The notes under the pieces: generated by a model | Databases searched by the model: none | Seen by the model: only the letters and a program-made list of their open reading frames with translations | What the model was told of the DNA's origin: nothing | Source: Octopus vulgaris | Taxonomy: Eukaryota | Assembly (NCBI GenBank): GCA_951406725.2 | Contig: OX597824.1 | Location: 3,286,001-3,350,000 of the forward strand | Direction of reading: 5' to 3' | DNA length: 64,000 nt | Shown: positions 1 through 13,712 of the stretch, piece by piece | Numbering within the stretch: position 1 is the first letter of the stretch | How the letters are laid out: each line of letters begins with the position of its first letter | Translations under genes and position numbers: made by a program

Positions 1-376
<376 letters not shown>

Positions 377-756
377 CCTTTGGGCTGTAAGCAGAAGAGC
401 TGAAATGTTGGGGGTAGGGGTTAGCTGATTACATTCACCCCAGTATTTAACTGGTACTTATTTCATAGTCCTTGAAAGGACAAAAGGCAAAGACAACCTC
501 GGCAGAATTTGAATTCAGAGCATAAAGACAGGTGAAACAGCACAAAACATTTTGTCCAGTCTGCTAACAGTTCCACCAATTCAAATTTTGGCACAAAACC
601 AACAAACTTAATGAGACAGGGGTTAAGTTAATTAAATCAACCTCAGTATGCAACTGGTCCCCATTTTATCAATTCTGAAAGGATGAAAGGCACACTAATG
701 ATTCTGCCAGCTTACTGTCTTGATGATGATGATGACGATGATGATGATGATAAAGA

Positions 757-1540
757 TGGCTGTGGATGACTAAAAGTGATTTAAAACCAGAAACAGAGGC
801 TCTAATCTGTGCTGCCCAAGAGCAAGCACTAAGAACAAACTACATAAAATGCAGAATAGACAACACATCAGAAAGTGAAAAGCGCAGAATCTGTGGACAA
901 AATGGTGAAACCATGTGACATATTACCAGTAAATGTACGCCACTAGCCCAGAAGGAATATAAGAGACACCACGATAATGTAGCCAGGCTTGTCCATTGGA
1001 CACTTTGCAACAAGTATGGACTTGACAGAGCAAAAAATTGGTATGACCACAAACCTGAAGGCATTATCGAAAATGATAATGCAATGATCCTGTGAGATTT
1101 TATGATCCAGTGTGACCATGAGATGGAGAATAGGAAGCCAGACATAGTCTTAATTGAGAAAGAAAACAAACTTTGCTGGATCATAGATATCGCATGCCCA
1201 GCTGACAACAAAGTATGTGATAAGGAAGAAAGAAAAGTCAATAAATATGACAGGTTAGCTTGGGAGGTTGAGCAGTTATGGTCGATGAAAAAGATGGTAG
1301 TAGAATCAATAACTGTCGGAGCCCTGGGAATAGCGAGTAAAAATTTTGAGCAATACATGGAACAAATAGGGGCTGCAATAAGGGTGGAGCACTTGAAAAA
1401 AACAACACTGCTTGGAGCCGCTCAAATACTCCGAAAGGTGCTCGAAAAATAAGAGGTGTTACCTTAGTTCACTAGTAGTGAACAGCTGACACTGTAGTAG
1501 ATCTCCAGCGTTAGAATCTGTGCAAAAGCAATAATAATAA
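757..1540 (+). mobile_element. R4/Dong-clade non-LTR retrotransposon, 5'-truncated and degenerate (zinc knuckle + restriction-like endonuclease + 3' UTR)
   Basis: Translation ETEALICAAQEQALRT...RICGQNGETM*HITSKC...RKPDIVLIEK...IIDIACP...KVNKY...VGALG...LLGAAQILRKVLEK with in-frame stops; ends in gcaaaagc(aat)n. Confidence 0.85.
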
Positions 1541-2226
1541 TGATGATGATAATTATTATTCCAGATTTTGACACAAGGCCAGGTTTTTTGGGGTAGGGTT
1601 AGTCAGCATCCTTGACCCCAGAACCAGACTTTATTTTATTGACTCCTGAAGGATGTCAAAAGGATTTAAATTCAGAAAGAATAAAACCATAATAAATAAT
1701 GCAAAACATCTTGTCCGAAAGCCTCAATAATTTTGCCAATTTGGTTGTTTCAATAACAGAAATGGTTGTTCCTGCATTTTATATTCTGTATTGAAATCCT
1801 GCTGCAGTTAAAGTTACCTTTTGTCATTATGTGGTCAAGCATTGGGAATAGAGCAATCAACTGACCTCACCACCACAAAAGGACTGGACATGGTTCTGAA
1901 CCCGAAGCCATTGATGTTGAGCTGGTAGAATTGTTTGCAGAAGGGGCCGAAATGCCTAGCAATGTTCTAAGGCATCGAGCTGGCAGAATGGTCAGCCTGC
2001 TGGGGGAAACGCTTAGTGTCATGTCATCCATCACTACACTCTGAGTTCAAGTTCTGCCAAGGTCAGCTTTACCTTTCATCCTTTTGGGGGTCAATAAAAC
2101 AGTGGAGCCCTTGGATCGATATCATTCACTTACCCCACTCCCCCAAATATTTCAGGCATGGTGCCTATAGTGGACAGGATTATTATCATTATCATCGTTG
2201 TTGTCGTTGTTGTTGTTATTCAAAAT

Positions 2227-2338
2227 AGTAGTAGTAGTAGTAGTTGTTGTTGTAGTAGTAGTAGTAGTAGTTGTTGTTGTTGTTGTAGCTGTAGTAGTAG
2301 TAGTAGTAGTAGCTGTTGTTGTTGTTGTTGTTGTTTTT

Positions 2339-2402
<64 letters not shown>

Positions 2403-2415
2403 CAGCAGCAGTAGT
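2227..2415. repeat. Compound (GTA)n/(GTT)n microsatellite
   Basis: Direct reading; explains the poly-S/V/T ORFs. Confidence 0.95.
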
Positions 2416-2761
2416 ATTTAGGCAGTAACCTGCAGAATTGCTAGTATGTGTGTGTTTTATTAGCAAGCGAATGTTCTCTTCCAGCTTCCTATTCTGCATC
2501 CAAAATTGCACCCCAGGTCACCTTCGTCTTTCGTCCTCCTCCTGCAGTCAATAAAACAACCACCATCCATTCTGACTTCAGAGCAAAACACATTCAAATT
2601 ATATTCGCACATCCATCACAAAGAAGATGCAGCTTTTTTTTATTCTTTTATCCTTTAAAATTATTTTCTCTTTTCCCCTTTGTTTTTTCTTTCCCTTAAA
2701 TCCTTTCATTCAAACACTCATATGTCAAAATCAACAGAAGTGACCATCATTATCAGTATTA

Positions 2762-2809
<48 letters not shown>

Positions 2810-2816
2810 TTGTTAT

Positions 2817-3021
2817 TGCCTTTGCACAGCTTCTAACGCTGGAGATCTACTACGGTGTCAGCTGTTCACTACCAGTAAACTAAGGTAACACCCTTATTTT
2901 TCGAGCACCTTCCGGAGTATTCGAGCAGTTCCTAGCAGTGCTGTTTTCTGTAAGTGCTCCACCCTTATTGCAGCCCCTATTTGTTCCACATACTTCTCAA
3001 GATTTTTACTCACTATTCCCA
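2817..3021 (-). mobile_element. R4/Dong 3' end fragment
   Basis: Encodes LGIVSKNLEKYVEQIGAAIRVEHLQKTALLGTARILRKVLEK; reverse-complement match to 1325-1530; (TTA)n at 2765-2816. Confidence 0.85.
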
Positions 3022-3416
3022 GGTGAGGTAAGAGAATCGTTTGCACTCCTGACAAAATTCTCATTGGCATTTCAGACATCTTTACATTCTGAGTTCAAAT
3101 TCTGCCGAGGTTGACTTTGCCTTTCATCCCTTTCAGGATCAATGAAATAAGTGTTGGGGTGGGGGTCGATGTAAGGGATTGACCTCCTCCCCTGAAATTA
3201 CTGGCCTTCTGCCGAATCTTCTGCAAAATTCTTTCATGTTTCTCCTGGGAGATTTACACTTATAACTTATGCTTCTGGGAAGATGTGAATGTATGTACAC
3301 CATGCACACACATGTATGTGTGTGCATGGGTAGTCTTTTATTAAAAGAGAAACAGAGAGTCTCACAACACAAGTTCCATCCCACTGCAATTTGCCAGTGA
3401 ATCATTCCACATCATA

Positions 3417-3454
<38 letters not shown>

Positions 3455-3467
3455 CACACACACACAC

Positions 3468-3510
<43 letters not shown>

Positions 3511-3888
3511 GGGTACATCATATATATATATATATATGTATGCATTTTCTTTTTATTCCTGCTCAGACCTGTGATCAAATGCATACCAACCATGACCATC
3601 CCCTCTTTTATTCAAGTATATCAAGGACAACATTATACAATGTATCCTTCTCTTTTTAAGACAGTTTGATGTGAGTGGAAGGAGATTTTGCTGTTGTTTC
3701 TAGTTGGGGGTCAATGTGGCTGCATACAGACTCTTCTATTAGCGAATGGATGTATGCATGGATGGATGGATGGATGGAGGGATGGAGGGAGGGATGGATG
3801 TAAACATGCATGAATGTATGTGTGTGTGTATGTGTTTTTTTAAACCTGGCTGTGCATATGTATATGTATGCATATTTATATTTGAATG

Positions 3889-3935
<47 letters not shown>

Positions 3936-4025
3936 ACATTTGCATGAGCATGTGTGCTTGAGAGAGTGTGTTAATATATATTAACTAAACTATTAAATGC
4001 ACCAAAGATCACTGTATGCACCCTG

Positions 4026-4097
<72 letters not shown>

Positions 4098-4103
<6 letters not shown>

Positions 4104-4229
4104 TATATAGAAGGAGCTTCTACAGGACTAGAACTGTTTCATTCAAAAGAAATCATCAGGAAGCTTCCTGATGATTTCTTTTGAATGAAACAGTTCTAGT
4201 CCTGTAGAAGCTCCTTCTATATAATAAAT
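4098..4229. repeat. Perfect 132-bp spacerless palindrome
   Basis: Centre aagctt at 4161-4166; arms complementary out to 4098/4229; (TA)n directly on the left and again from about 4298. Confidence 0.95.
4162..4212 (+). ncRNA. Type I hammerhead ribozyme motif (mirror copy on the - strand)
   Basis: Stem I agcttc/gaagct; CTGATGA 4168-4174; stem II ttc-tttt-gaa; GAAAC 4187-4191; stem III acag/ctgt; GTA triplet 4204-4206. Confidence 0.7.
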
Positions 4230-4294
4230 TAATTTACTCTGCTATGTATTGAGTACCTTATTTACTGTGGTTAACCCCGACTCAACCCGGGACC

Positions 4295-4814
<520 letters not shown>

Positions 4815-5002
4815 TATATATATCCACCCGGACTGGCATAAAGTCATGGGACGAATTTAAAGACATACATATTGTATATAACTATGCAGTAATATCAGTC
4901 ACTCAATGTGTGTGATGTGGTGGCATACATTCAGCCCCTTCGTGAGCAACCTAAGACATTGAAAACAGGACCTGAGTCAAATCAATAATAATAATAATAA
5001 TA

Positions 5003-5038
<36 letters not shown>

Positions 5039-5065
5039 TAGGTAGATACATACATGAATGTGTGC

Positions 5066-5107
<42 letters not shown>

Positions 5108-5869
5108 TTACATCTGGCTCACTGGGCAGCATGTGCTTAGAATGTCTGTTTTCTCCTCTTGTTTCTAGTCAACTCTTTGTGATTAAAGATTGATTTGTTT
5201 TGAATGATAGATGAGCCTGATTTAATCTAAATCTTTTGTCAACTGAAGCTCACCAGAATCGCATTGCAAATCTCAAGGTGGACTTGAACCAACATAATTA
5301 CCTTCGTAGATGATACCACTCAGTCTGTGGAATTTCAGCAACCAAATTTTTATAAGAATGCCTCAGCTGTGCTGCCATCTTTTGTTATTTAACATGTATG
5401 TATGTATGTATGTATGTATGTATGTATGTATGTATGTATGTTTGCATGTATGTGTGTATGTATGTGTTGTATGTGAAGTTTGTTGCCAGGAACACACTCA
5501 TTACGATATTCCTCACAACATGAACTCTTCATGATTCACTGAACTTCAAATGTAATAAATTTCATTCCTTAAATAATTTGCTGAGCTAAGAGTTAGAAAA
5601 TATCAAAAGGATTCTTGGATAGGGAGATGGCTTAAAATTCCTGATATTAAAAGCTTTTAAAAAGGTTTGCTTTGTGAGAAGAGACCTTGGAGCAAGAAGA
5701 AAAGGCACTGAGTCACTGAAACGGCTGTGGTCACCAACAAAAGAATTTTGACCAACAAACAACTGATTGGTTATTTAACCAACACATTAAACAAATATGT
5801 GTATGTATATATATATATATATATACATATACGCTTATAGTCATATGCATACATACATATCTATATATA

Positions 5870-6335
5870 TATAATTTCAAAATAGGATAAAATCTTTCTA
5901 AGAATTTATCAAGTAGTCACAGTGAAAAATCTACAGTTACTCTATCCAAATTACAAGTTTATACCTGTAATTATTGGGGTCCTGGGATATGTAACACTGC
6001 CTAAATACCAATCTTGAGAAATTAAGCTTCTCAAAACCAGAAAGGAGAAAGCTGATTCAAAGACTACAGATCATATCCATCAGTGGAACTGTAAAAATCT
6101 GTAAAACTTTCCAGAAGTTTATCATTTAAATATATATGAACATGTCTAGATATGTAACTATATGCATGAGAAGACATACATAAAGCAAAACATACAAATC
6201 TGCACATATACATACAAACACACAAACATACAAAAATACCCTGTTGATGAAATTCCAATGAAGGAGCCTTGGATCTAGTTTTGAAACTGGCCCTTTCTCT
6301 ATTGCCAAGAAATCTTGAAATAAAACTGAATAATG
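5870..6335. repeat. Unclassified interspersed repeat, second copy at about 48640-48930
   Basis: Shared text tacagttactct...ccatcagtggaactgtaaaaatctgtaaaac...catacaaatctg in both places. Confidence 0.7.
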
Positions 6336-6426
6336 ACATACATACATACATACGTACGTACATACATACATACATACATATATACATATATGCATTTATA
6401 CATATATACATACATACATTCATACC

Positions 6427-6484
<58 letters not shown>

Positions 6485-6883
6485 CATACAATACATTCCC
6501 TATACACCTGCATACATCCAAATCAACATTGATCCCATGACACAACATGATCTGTTTGAAAATATCCTATCCATATCTTTATAAAAATATCTAAAAATAA
6601 TTACATATAATAACCAGTTTAAAAATATATTTAACCTATCATTTGATTGGGTTGTTTTTCGCTGAGAATATTCCTGCCAGGAATCCATATTTTTAAATGA
6701 TTAGTTATTTTAATAACTCCCTCCAAATTTTTTTATTATTTCCAACATTAACTGAAACATATAGACAGCTTGTCTCATTACGAATCTAGCCACGAATGAG
6801 TTAAATGTATTGATCTGAAATTTTAGATGCTGCTAAGTGAAGGTTTAGGAGTATTTCTCTGGTCAGTGAGGGATCATGTTTAA

Positions 6884-7103
6884 CCCTTTCGTTACCAACC
6901 CGGCTGAAACCAGCTCTGGCTCTAAGTACAAATGTCTTGTTTTCATAAGTTTTTAATTAAAATATTCCACGAAATCTTAGTCACAATTTATGTTCTTTAC
7001 ACTAGCTGAACGATAACTAAGTTCTTTTACTAAATTATTTGTTATGTTTAAAATAATTGAAAGAAACACAGAACATCTCAACAGAAAGGCAGTCACGAAA
7101 GGG
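6884..7103. mobile_element. piggyBac-type MITE
   Basis: TTAA-ccctttcgttac ... gtcacgaaaggg-TTCA termini; related copy at 47479-47701. Confidence 0.7.
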
Positions 7104-7596
7104 TTCACATCGCATTTTCTCCAAATGGGACTCATCATGATGCTGTATTTGTGATATTTGTGATACCCAAGATGGAGAGGCTTGCCATTTCGCTCATTCA
7201 TAAGTAAAGCTGGTTTATGGTTCCAGTCTGCAAGGACGTCCATGTGGATGATGCTGGTGTCGTTTTGGGGAGTCTACCACACTGATGCCAAAGTCTTTTG
7301 TTCACAAACATTGTTATATTTCTATGTTCATAATAAATAGGCTGCACATTATATGACCATTTGTACATAAGTATGTGTAGGAATTATATACATACACACA
7401 TACATGTATTATAAATATATGTATATATGTTATTCTCACACATGTCTACATGCATACTTGCTTATATATATACATACATACATATATATATAGATATATA
7501 TTAATATATATATATATATGTATGTATATATGTTATTCTCACACATGTCTACATGCATACCTGTTTATATATACATACATAAATATATATATATAG

Positions 7597-7895
7597 ATAC
7601 ATAAATATAAGTGGGAATTCTTTACCACTATGTAGAAACCCTTATGCTAGAAGAAGATCCGCTATGGTCTTAATCACTAAGAAATGTTCTCCAGAAAATT
7701 TAGCAAACACCAGAAACGTAGTGAGCAAGACAAATGAAAAATATAGATTATTTTTCATTTGTCTTGCTTGCTTACGTTTCTGGTGTGCTAAATTTTTCTG
7801 GAGAACATTTCTTAGTGGTTGAGACCATAGCAGATCTTCTTCTAGCATAAGGGTTTCCACATAGTGGTAAAAAATTCCCTCTTATATTTATGTAT
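7597..7895. repeat. Long imperfect inverted repeat (about 145-bp arms, very short loop)
   Basis: cccttatgctagaagaagatc / gatcttcttctagcataaggg and aagacaaatgaaaaata / tatttttcatttgtctt pair across a centre near 7746. Confidence 0.9.
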
Positions 7896-8005
7896 GTAAT
7901 ACTATTTACTGAATCTCAGTTTGTTCTTATATACTAGACCACTGGTGTTAAAATTGATGTTATCAAATCAATATCCAATTTTTCACCCTCATTTTGATTT
8001 TAATT

Positions 8006-8044
<39 letters not shown>

Positions 8045-9238
8045 AAATTATTATATGCCTTGAGTACTTGTTTTCTCTTGTTCGCACATTGAAACACAAC
8101 AATCAAGCATGTTTATACATGCATATAGTACCACAAACCATGTATTTATCTATCTATTTAACTACAGACAGACATACAGACATACATAGACAGATAGAAA
8201 ACAAATATTCTTTTAAATAGAAATCTTAAACCATTTATATTACAAATTATCAGCTTAATTGTTCCAATCATTATAAATGCTCAACAACATAACAAAACCA
8301 AAATTCCAAGCAAGCATATATACCCATATCCACATTATGTACCAAAGCAGAAGAAGACTGAGAAAGCTTTGTTTATTTTAATTCCATTAAAACATGTGAC
8401 ATGGAATTCAAAATATACCAAATATTCCCAGTCTTCTGTTTTGATGTGTAATTATTCTGCAAATAAAAGTCTCCGGGAATTTCAATTGCTATGTCTATCT
8501 AATTCAAAATTAAGCATCTATTTCGATACAATGGATTAATGTGAATATTCAGATATGCCTCATGGCAACACAGCTTGGATTATAACTCCTTCTATACACT
8601 ACATCCATATTATATTTAGATTAACTCAACAATAAACCTCTCTACAATGATTTATGTTAGTAACTTGAGAATTAACCAGGTGGCGCTACTGAGAAACACA
8701 GTGTTCCATAGGAACATTTTTCTTTGAAATAAATTCTTTATGCTAATGATACGACCATTAATTATATAAATTGTTTGATAAAATAACGAATGGAACACTG
8801 CGACATTCCAAATGAACTTGGGATTAATATCAATGCTAAAAAGATTTTCAGGTCAAACCTGTAATGTTTCATACATCTTCAATATTTGTTTTTATAAAGA
8901 ATTTTCTCAATATTATTTCCAAAAATAAAACAATTCAAAATCAAATAAAATTAAATAAAATATAAATGGTGTGATGACAAATATTTTGGGTATTTTTTTT
9001 CAAATGTTTATATAAATATATTTCTATATATATTTGTATATAAAGAGATAGGCATATACAAGATATGTATATATGTGTGTGCGTGTGTGTATGGTGCTAC
9101 TAAGTTAGACATGGTCTGGGCCAATGCTGGCCAAAACTTATCTCTGTATCTATCCATCTATCATATGCATACATATGCACATGTTTCTATTGTATATTAT
9201 ATTATATGAATACTCTTAAATGTACATGTACATTTATA

Positions 9239-9284
<46 letters not shown>

Positions 9285-9347
9285 TACGTATGTGTATATA
9301 TATATATATATATATATACATATATATACATACATATACATATATAT

Positions 9348-9381
<34 letters not shown>

Positions 9382-9796
9382 GATATGATAATGATGATGA
9401 TCTAGCCTGACTGCTATCTATCATTCCATTTAAAGGTTATAAAATTGTGTGTGCATATTTTCAATATCATCTGGTGAAAATCAATATCTCTATCTATTGA
9501 TCTCGTAAAATCTTTTAACAATGTCGTTTAAAGTCATTTCAATATTGAAAGCAATTCATAAATATATATTTGAATCATATTGTTTAATTTGAGGGTTACA
9601 TCTATATTTGAGGTATATATATATAAGTTTAAAGTATATTGTATATTCTTGTTTAAATAAACTTTGCAAAACAGAATTTCTGGAAATAATTTTTTGGTTT
9701 TGTTTACTAAATAACTTCAGGAAAATAATGGTATTTCTAATAAAAAAAAAAAAACATTGTGTATTAAAAGAATTTCTATGCAAGATTTTGAATATT

Positions 9797-10028
9797 TATT
9801 TCTTTACTACCCACAAGGGGCTAAACACAGAGGAGACAAACAAGGACAGACAGACAGATTAAGTCGATTACATCAACCCTAGTGCGTAACTGGTACTTAA
9901 TTTATCGACCCCGAAAGGATGAAAGGCAAAGTCGACCTCGGCGGAATTTGAACTCAGAACGTAATGGCAGACGAAATACAGCTACGCATTTCACCCGGCA
10001 TCCTAACATTTCTGCCAGCTCGCCGCCT
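9797..10028 (-). mobile_element. SINE family B (core resembles Meta/MESC-type SINE domain)
   Basis: Core gtcgactttgcctttcatcctttcggggtcgataaattaagtacc on the - strand; many decayed copies (about 375-720, 1915-2190, 3035-3230, 14785-14985, 27878-28065, 30120-30335). Superfamily assignment is from memory. Confidence 0.75.
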
Positions 10029-10079
10029 TAATACCACAACCAAGACTATCCAAAATCTCATCCAATGCATCCCTAAGTT

Positions 10080-10560
10080 GTTTTTATCTTTTATTTTTTA
10101 CTGGTTTCAGCCCAGGGCTGAGGTCATGCTGGTGCACCACCTGTAGTTACTCAGTGTTGTTTTCAGTATTGTTTTTGGTGAAGAAGCGAATTGGATCAGA
10201 ACTGCTCTTCTTTGCGTCCCCTGCCATGATGTGGGTTCATCTGGTGTCTCAAACAGAAACCTGTCCAGACGTTCCTTGAAAACTTCCACATCAGCACCAT
10301 GTAGATCTCTTAGTTTGCCCAGGAGGATGTTGAGCAATTGCAGGCCCTTGAGATTGGTAGAGGATTGGTAGAGCTGTCAATTCCAAAATTGGGAACTAAA
10401 TCCTCCAAGATCTTCCAAATATATATCACTGCATATCTCTCTCATCTTCTCTCATGGGAATAGAGACTCAGCTCCTTCAGCCTCTCCCAGAAGCCCATCT
10501 TTTGTATCGAGTCAATCTTCTTTGTGTATTGGTGCTGGATTGCTTTGAGTTCCACAGATG
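10080..10560 (-). mobile_element. CR1/L2-type LINE 3' fragment
   Basis: Encodes LRDLHGADVEVFKERLDRFLFETPDEP, preceded by a decayed WERLKELSLYS-like segment. Confidence 0.65.
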
Positions 10561-10936
10561 AGGACACGTATCCGACCTTCCTGAAATATAACAATATATG
10601 TTTCAACACACAGCTTCACATCAGTAATCTTGCAAAACAAAAGCATAACTTCATTGTTATGAGGATTGTGTTTGAAATATGAGTTAATGGGAAATTTTGA
10701 GGGAAGATTTTAATTTTAATAAAACAAGGTGTTTGCATTATTGAACCAAGAATTCTGTGATCCGTTCAGGTTGTTATGAAATGAGTTAAACCATTCAAAT
10801 AAGGGAATAAGGAATCCATTTTAACAGCTTGTCTCAGTGACCTGATGGCAGGGATAAATATTTGAGGCATAACCAAAGCTTAATGTTCCTTTCACTGAAT
10901 ATATTTCTTTTATAAACTTTTGCAGTCATCCTTTAA

Positions 10937-11157
10937 CCCTTTAGTGTTCGCATTATTCTGCCAAAATTAATGCTTTTTCATCCTCATTGTTTTGAGCTAA
11001 TCAGGTATTATTTTGTAGCTATGAGATTTTGATGAAGTAGCTGTTAATTTTTAAAACGATATTGTAGGGTTGGTGTGAGAGACCAGATCTGGCCAGTTTG
11101 AACATAAAACAGGCAGAATACTTTTGGCCGGATATGGCCGGTTTAAATGCTAAAGGG
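10937..11157. mobile_element. piggyBac-type MITE (second family)
   Basis: TTAA on both sides (10933-10936, 11158-11161); TIR ccctttag/ctaaaggg. Confidence 0.75.
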
Positions 11158-11614
11158 TTAAGGGTGCAGTCACAATTATGTTGGAAGAGTTTTTCTTTCT
11201 TTTTGTTCAGCAATACAAGAATGCTTCACCTCTCCAAATCATTGGACAATTTCTTCATGATTATTGCACCACATTAGAAATGAGGCTTTTTGCTGAGTGT
11301 GTCCACCATTTCTATCGCCATTAATGAACAAAATCTCTGGAAATTATTGCATCGTTCCTTTCAAATACACATTGATAATCAATAATTATTGATCGGTGTA
11401 GTGTCATTGGTTGATTATCAATCAGGATAAAGTTCTCCACTGGTGATCAATCGTATATTCTCTTCTGAGGCTGTTCACAAATCAGGAAGGTCACATGTGT
11501 AGACAATGATCCCTAAAGTTTGAGTTCCCAAATAGTTTATTAAACTGCATCTTTATATTTACAAGTGTGAATCCAATAAATGAATGGACCAATATTCACT
11601 AAACATAACAATTA

Positions 11615-12113
11615 GCAAGACCTCTGGAGATATGCTGTGACTGTGAAGACCCGACAAATGAAGTGAGTTCATGGCTCGCAGAACGGCCTGCTGTGCTAAC
11701 CTTGGATCGTAGAGTGACCTGCTGCTCTTGAGGAGACCTGTTGAGTCAAGTTCATCAACATCAAAATAAAAATCAAATGTAAATTGTAGTTATGATACCC
11801 GTACCGGTGACACATAAAAAGCACTGTCTGAATGTGGCAGATGCCAGCACCACTTGACTGGCATCCGTGTCGGTGACACGTAAAAAGCACCATCCAACTG
11901 ATCGTGGCCATTGCCAGCCTCCCCTGGCACCTGTGCCGGTGGCACATAAAAAACACCCACTACACTCACGGAGTCGTTGGCGTTAGGAAGGGCATCCAGC
12001 TGTAGAAACACTGCTAAATCAGACTGGAGCCTGGTGCAGCCTCCATGGCTTACCAGACCCCGGTCGAACCGTTCAACCCATGCTAGCATGGAAAACGGAC
12101 ATTAAATGATGAT
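11615..12113 (+). mobile_element. RTE LINE 3' UTR fragment (family C)
   Basis: ggcgttaggaagggcatccagctgtagaaac...catgctagcatggaaaacggac-(atg)n tail; the same sequence is attached to RTE coding sequence at 33087-33870. Confidence 0.8.
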
Positions 12114-12418
12114 GTATATAACTTACTGGTTAATGAAAGTAGCGCAAGGGAATTAATCCTTGCATAGAATAAATGTTTTGCTGCTAAAGATTTAGGGGTC
12201 CAGGTGAATGCCTTTTGTTGTCTGCAACATAAACATGCTGCTTAAAAGAGGTGGAGAGAGAGAATAACTCATAAAAACAAATGACGTAGATCCACCCCCG
12301 GCTCTAAATTGTTTAGCAACTCATTGGATAGATTGAATTTATCAGTTGACCATCCTTCTAGAATCTTCAGCCAAGCTGTTTGGTTGGTGCCCTTAGATAT
12401 TTCTTTCCAAGACTGTCA

Positions 12419-12419
<1 letters not shown>

Positions 12420-12449
<30 letters not shown>

Positions 12450-12910
12450 GTTTAACGTCCGTTTTCGTGCTAGCATGGGTTGGACGGTTCGACCAGGGTC
12501 TGGGAAGCCAGGAGGCTGCACCAGGCTCCAATATTGATCTGGCAGTGTTTCTACTGCTGGATGCCCTTCCTAACACCAACCACTCCATGAGTGTAGTGGG
12601 TGCTTTTTACGTGCCACCGGCACAGGTGCCTGGGGAGGCTGGCAACAGTCACGATCGGTGGGTGCTTTTTATGTGCCACCGACATGGAAGCCAGTCAAGG
12701 CGGCACTGGCATCGACCACATTCGGGTGGTGCTTTTTACGTGCCACCGGCACAGATGCCAGGGGAGGCTGGCAATGGCCATGATTGGTTGGTGCTTTTTA
12801 CATGCCACCAGCATGGAAGCCAGTCAAGGCAGCGCTGGTATTGGCCACATACGGATGGTGCTTTTTATGTGCCACCGGCGCAGGGATCACAACTACAATT
12901 CCATTTGATC
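12420..12910 (-). mobile_element. RTE LINE 3' UTR fragment (family C), inverted relative to 11615-12113
   Basis: (cat)n tail followed by the reverse complement of family C with five internal modules. Confidence 0.8.
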
Positions 12911-13637
12911 TCAGATATAATTCAGCCATTTCTGATTTGTCAGAGAATATCTGTGTAAGTATTTACACCTTTTCAGGTGACTCTTTCCCTTTTAGTTCCT
13001 GGTTCCAGATTGGGAAAATCTGAAAGTTATGTCTCAAATCTCAGCCAGGATCTTACTTTCATATCAAGAGGCTTTTCTTTATGTTGTGCAGAAATGGCAA
13101 GAAGTTACTGACTGGTGAAAAAGTTATAGATTATGGAAAAAATAATATTAATTTTAGCAGCAAAACGACAATCCACGCATCAAGAAGCCGAACTCTGTAA
13201 AATTTCTTTAAAAAATATACAAGCAGTCCTCATTGCAACCAATATTGATTGGTTTAATGTCGTTTGTTTTAACATCAATAAAACAAAAGAAAACGTTTTT
13301 TTTTTAAACTAGAAAATGTACAATAGTGAAATTGAAATTTGTTTGTTTCCATTTTTCCTTTTTTTTTTTTGTAACTTGTTGCATTTTCAATTCAGTAAAT
13401 AAATAAGTAAATAATTAAATAAATGAATAAATAAATGAATTAACAGCGATGGATAACCACATTTTTTTGTTTTGTTTTTTGTTTTTCATTTCACTAATGT
13501 TGTCTGAGATGCGGTGTTCGTGCACTCGCTGCATAAAGGTGTGGGTCTTTTAAAATGTGCAGGACTCACCATATAAATAGGGGAGTTTCTTGAACCTTGC
13601 GTAGAAGGTAAATATATTATGTGGAACTCATGGTGAT

Positions 13638-13712
13638 AGAAGAAGAAGAAGAAGAAGAAGAAGAAGAAGAAGAAGAAGAAGAAGAAGAAGAAGAAGAAGA
13701 AGAAGAAGAAGA
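13638..13712. repeat. (GAA)n microsatellite
   Basis: Pure run. Confidence 0.97.

Noticed and set aside
840-1358. 172-aa ORF on the - strand
   Set aside because: Antisense shadow of the Dong element
6245-6295. Hammerhead-like remnant (ccaatgaaggagcc...gaaactggcc)
   Set aside because: CUGA and the cleavage triplet are absent; too degenerate to call
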